From: Nitrososphaerota archaeon
GTDB lineage: Archaea; Thermoproteota; Nitrososphaeria_A; Caldarchaeales; JAVZCJ01
DNA: 24,000 nt
Assembly (NCBI GenBank): GCA_038817485.1
Contig: JAWAZL010000005.1
Coordinates: 12,435-36,434 of the forward strand
Direction: 5' to 3'
In this document: one piece after another, positions 23,179 to 24,000 of the stretch
How the letters are laid out: each line of letters starts with the position of its first letter
Numbering within the stretch: position 1 is the first letter of the stretch
Notes under the pieces: model-generated
The model's input: the letters and a program-made list of their open reading frames with translations, nothing else
Told to the model about the DNA's origin: nothing
The model's database searches: none
Made by a program: the position numbers and the translations under genes

Positions 23179-24000
23179 TTAATTATAAGTTTTTCTTGGA
23201 TTTTTTGGTTTAACTACAGTTTCCCATACCTCTTTTCCACTTAAGAAATTTTTAACAGCATTAATAGCTGAATAATCCATGCATTTTATTGCATACCATG
23301 TTGCATATGCTATATGAGGAGTTATTAAGACATTAGGGAATTTAAACAATGGATGTCCCTCATTTATTGGCTCATTCTCAATAACATCAAGAGCCGCGTA
23401 CCCTATTTTTCCATTCTTTAAACTTTCAATAAGTGCAGAAGTATCTATAATAGGCCCTCTTGCTGTGTTAATTATAATCACACCATCTTTCATATTTTTG
23501 AACTCTTCTATTCCAATCATATGATATGTTTCGGATGTAAGTTCTGCATGAATTAGTATTACATCAGATTTTCGTAAAAGATTATAAAGATTATTTGTAT
23601 AATAAAAACCAGCTTCTTTCACTTTCTCTTTAGGAATGTAAGGATCATAAACTATTATTTTTCTTGCATTAAAACCATATTTAAGTATTTGAGCAGTTCT
23701 CGAGCCAATCCAACCAAACCCTATTATTCCTATAATTAAATCTCTTATATTTTTAGTAATAAAATCTGTAGAAACATACCCTTTTTTGTACCATTCTCCA
23801 TTTTTCACCCATTTATCAGCTTCTCTAATTTTCCTTAATACAGTGAGTAAAAGAGCTATTGTATGTTCTGCTACAGCTTCAGCTTCGCACCATCCTGGAA
23901 CTCTTGCAATGAGCACTCCATGCTCTTCAGCAGCTTTTATATCAACATTATCATATCCTCTACCATTAACAAAAATCATTTGAACATCTTTATTTCTTTT
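23179..24000 (-). CDS. D-isomer-specific 2-hydroxyacid dehydrogenase (glyoxylate/hydroxypyruvate reductase or PGDH-like), N-terminus outside the window
   Basis: The frame stays open upstream of the track ATG (23979) to the window edge (KRNKDVQ-MIFVNGRGYDNVD), so the gene is 5'-truncated. NAD-binding IGIIGFGWIGSRTAQIL, catalytic-region INTARGPIIDTSALIESLKNGKIGYAALDVIENEP, and TPHIAYAT. Confidence 0.85.
   Translation of the reverse strand, partial: KRNKDVQMIFVNGRGYDNVDIKAAEEHGVLIARVPGWCEAEAVAEHTIALLLTVLRKIREADKWVKNGEWYKKGYVSTDFITKNIRDLIIGIIGFGWIGSRTAQILKYGFNARKIIVYDPYIPKEKVKEAGFYYTNNLYNLLRKSDVILIHAELTSETYHMIGIEEFKNMKDGVIIINTARGPIIDTSALIESLKNGKIGYAALDVIENEPINEGHPLFKFPNVLITPHIAYATWYAIKCMDYSAINAVKNFLSGKEVWETVVKPKNPRKTYN

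Noticed and set aside
23786-23983. Track ORF 23786-23983 (+).
   Set aside because: It is antisense to the 2-hydroxyacid dehydrogenase gene.
1-24000. I looked across the window for CRISPR repeat-spacer arrays, IS elements/transposases, integrases, toxin-antitoxin pairs, rRNA and known defence-system signatures.
   Set aside because: I found no periodic direct repeats, terminal inverted repeats or recognisable enzymes of these classes by eye. Short AT-rich repeats are at the level expected for this composition. A computational repeat search could still reveal things I missed.

Overview
Strongly AT-rich, very gene-dense archaeal chromosomal segment with about 21 protein genes and 2 intron-containing tRNAs. 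I saw no rRNA, CRISPR array, transposase or integrase. All family calls rest on motifs I could read in the translated ORFs; no database search, HMM or folding was possible. Archaeal hallmarks are TFE-alpha, MBF1, NAC, Alba, NrpR, a RadB-type recombinase paralog, a multi-OB RPA, BRE/TATA-like promoters, GGTGAT-like ribosome-binding sites and non-canonical tRNA introns. NrpR, RadB and the multi-OB RPA suggest a euryarchaeal-type lineage. GC-rich tRNA stems in an AT-rich genome suggest a thermophile; this is inference. Other content: GltD-like oxidoreductase (partial), HflX, threonine synthase, class-III aminotransferase, COG1407-type metallophosphoesterase, SWIM protein, P2-type cation ATPase and 2-hydroxyacid dehydrogenase (partial). 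Most interesting loci: (1) 15173-19919, a co-oriented cluster of a membrane-tethered wHTH protein, a TM-anchored P-loop NTPase with an internal wHTH, a RadB-like ATPase translationally coupled to it by an ATGA overlap, and two membrane proteins. This is a candidate undescribed membrane-associated DNA-handling module. (2) 8389-10383, a wHTH + ATP-cone + NrdD-like protein that lacks the glycyl-radical glycine and almost all cysteines. It is probably a pseudo-enzyme acting as a nucleotide-sensing regulator, and it apparently initiates at a non-canonical ATA. (3) Two tRNAs with introns outside the canonical 37/38 site; one appears to have two introns. (4) A small G+C-richer patch with an orphan membrane ORF abutting the 3' end of tRNA-Val.
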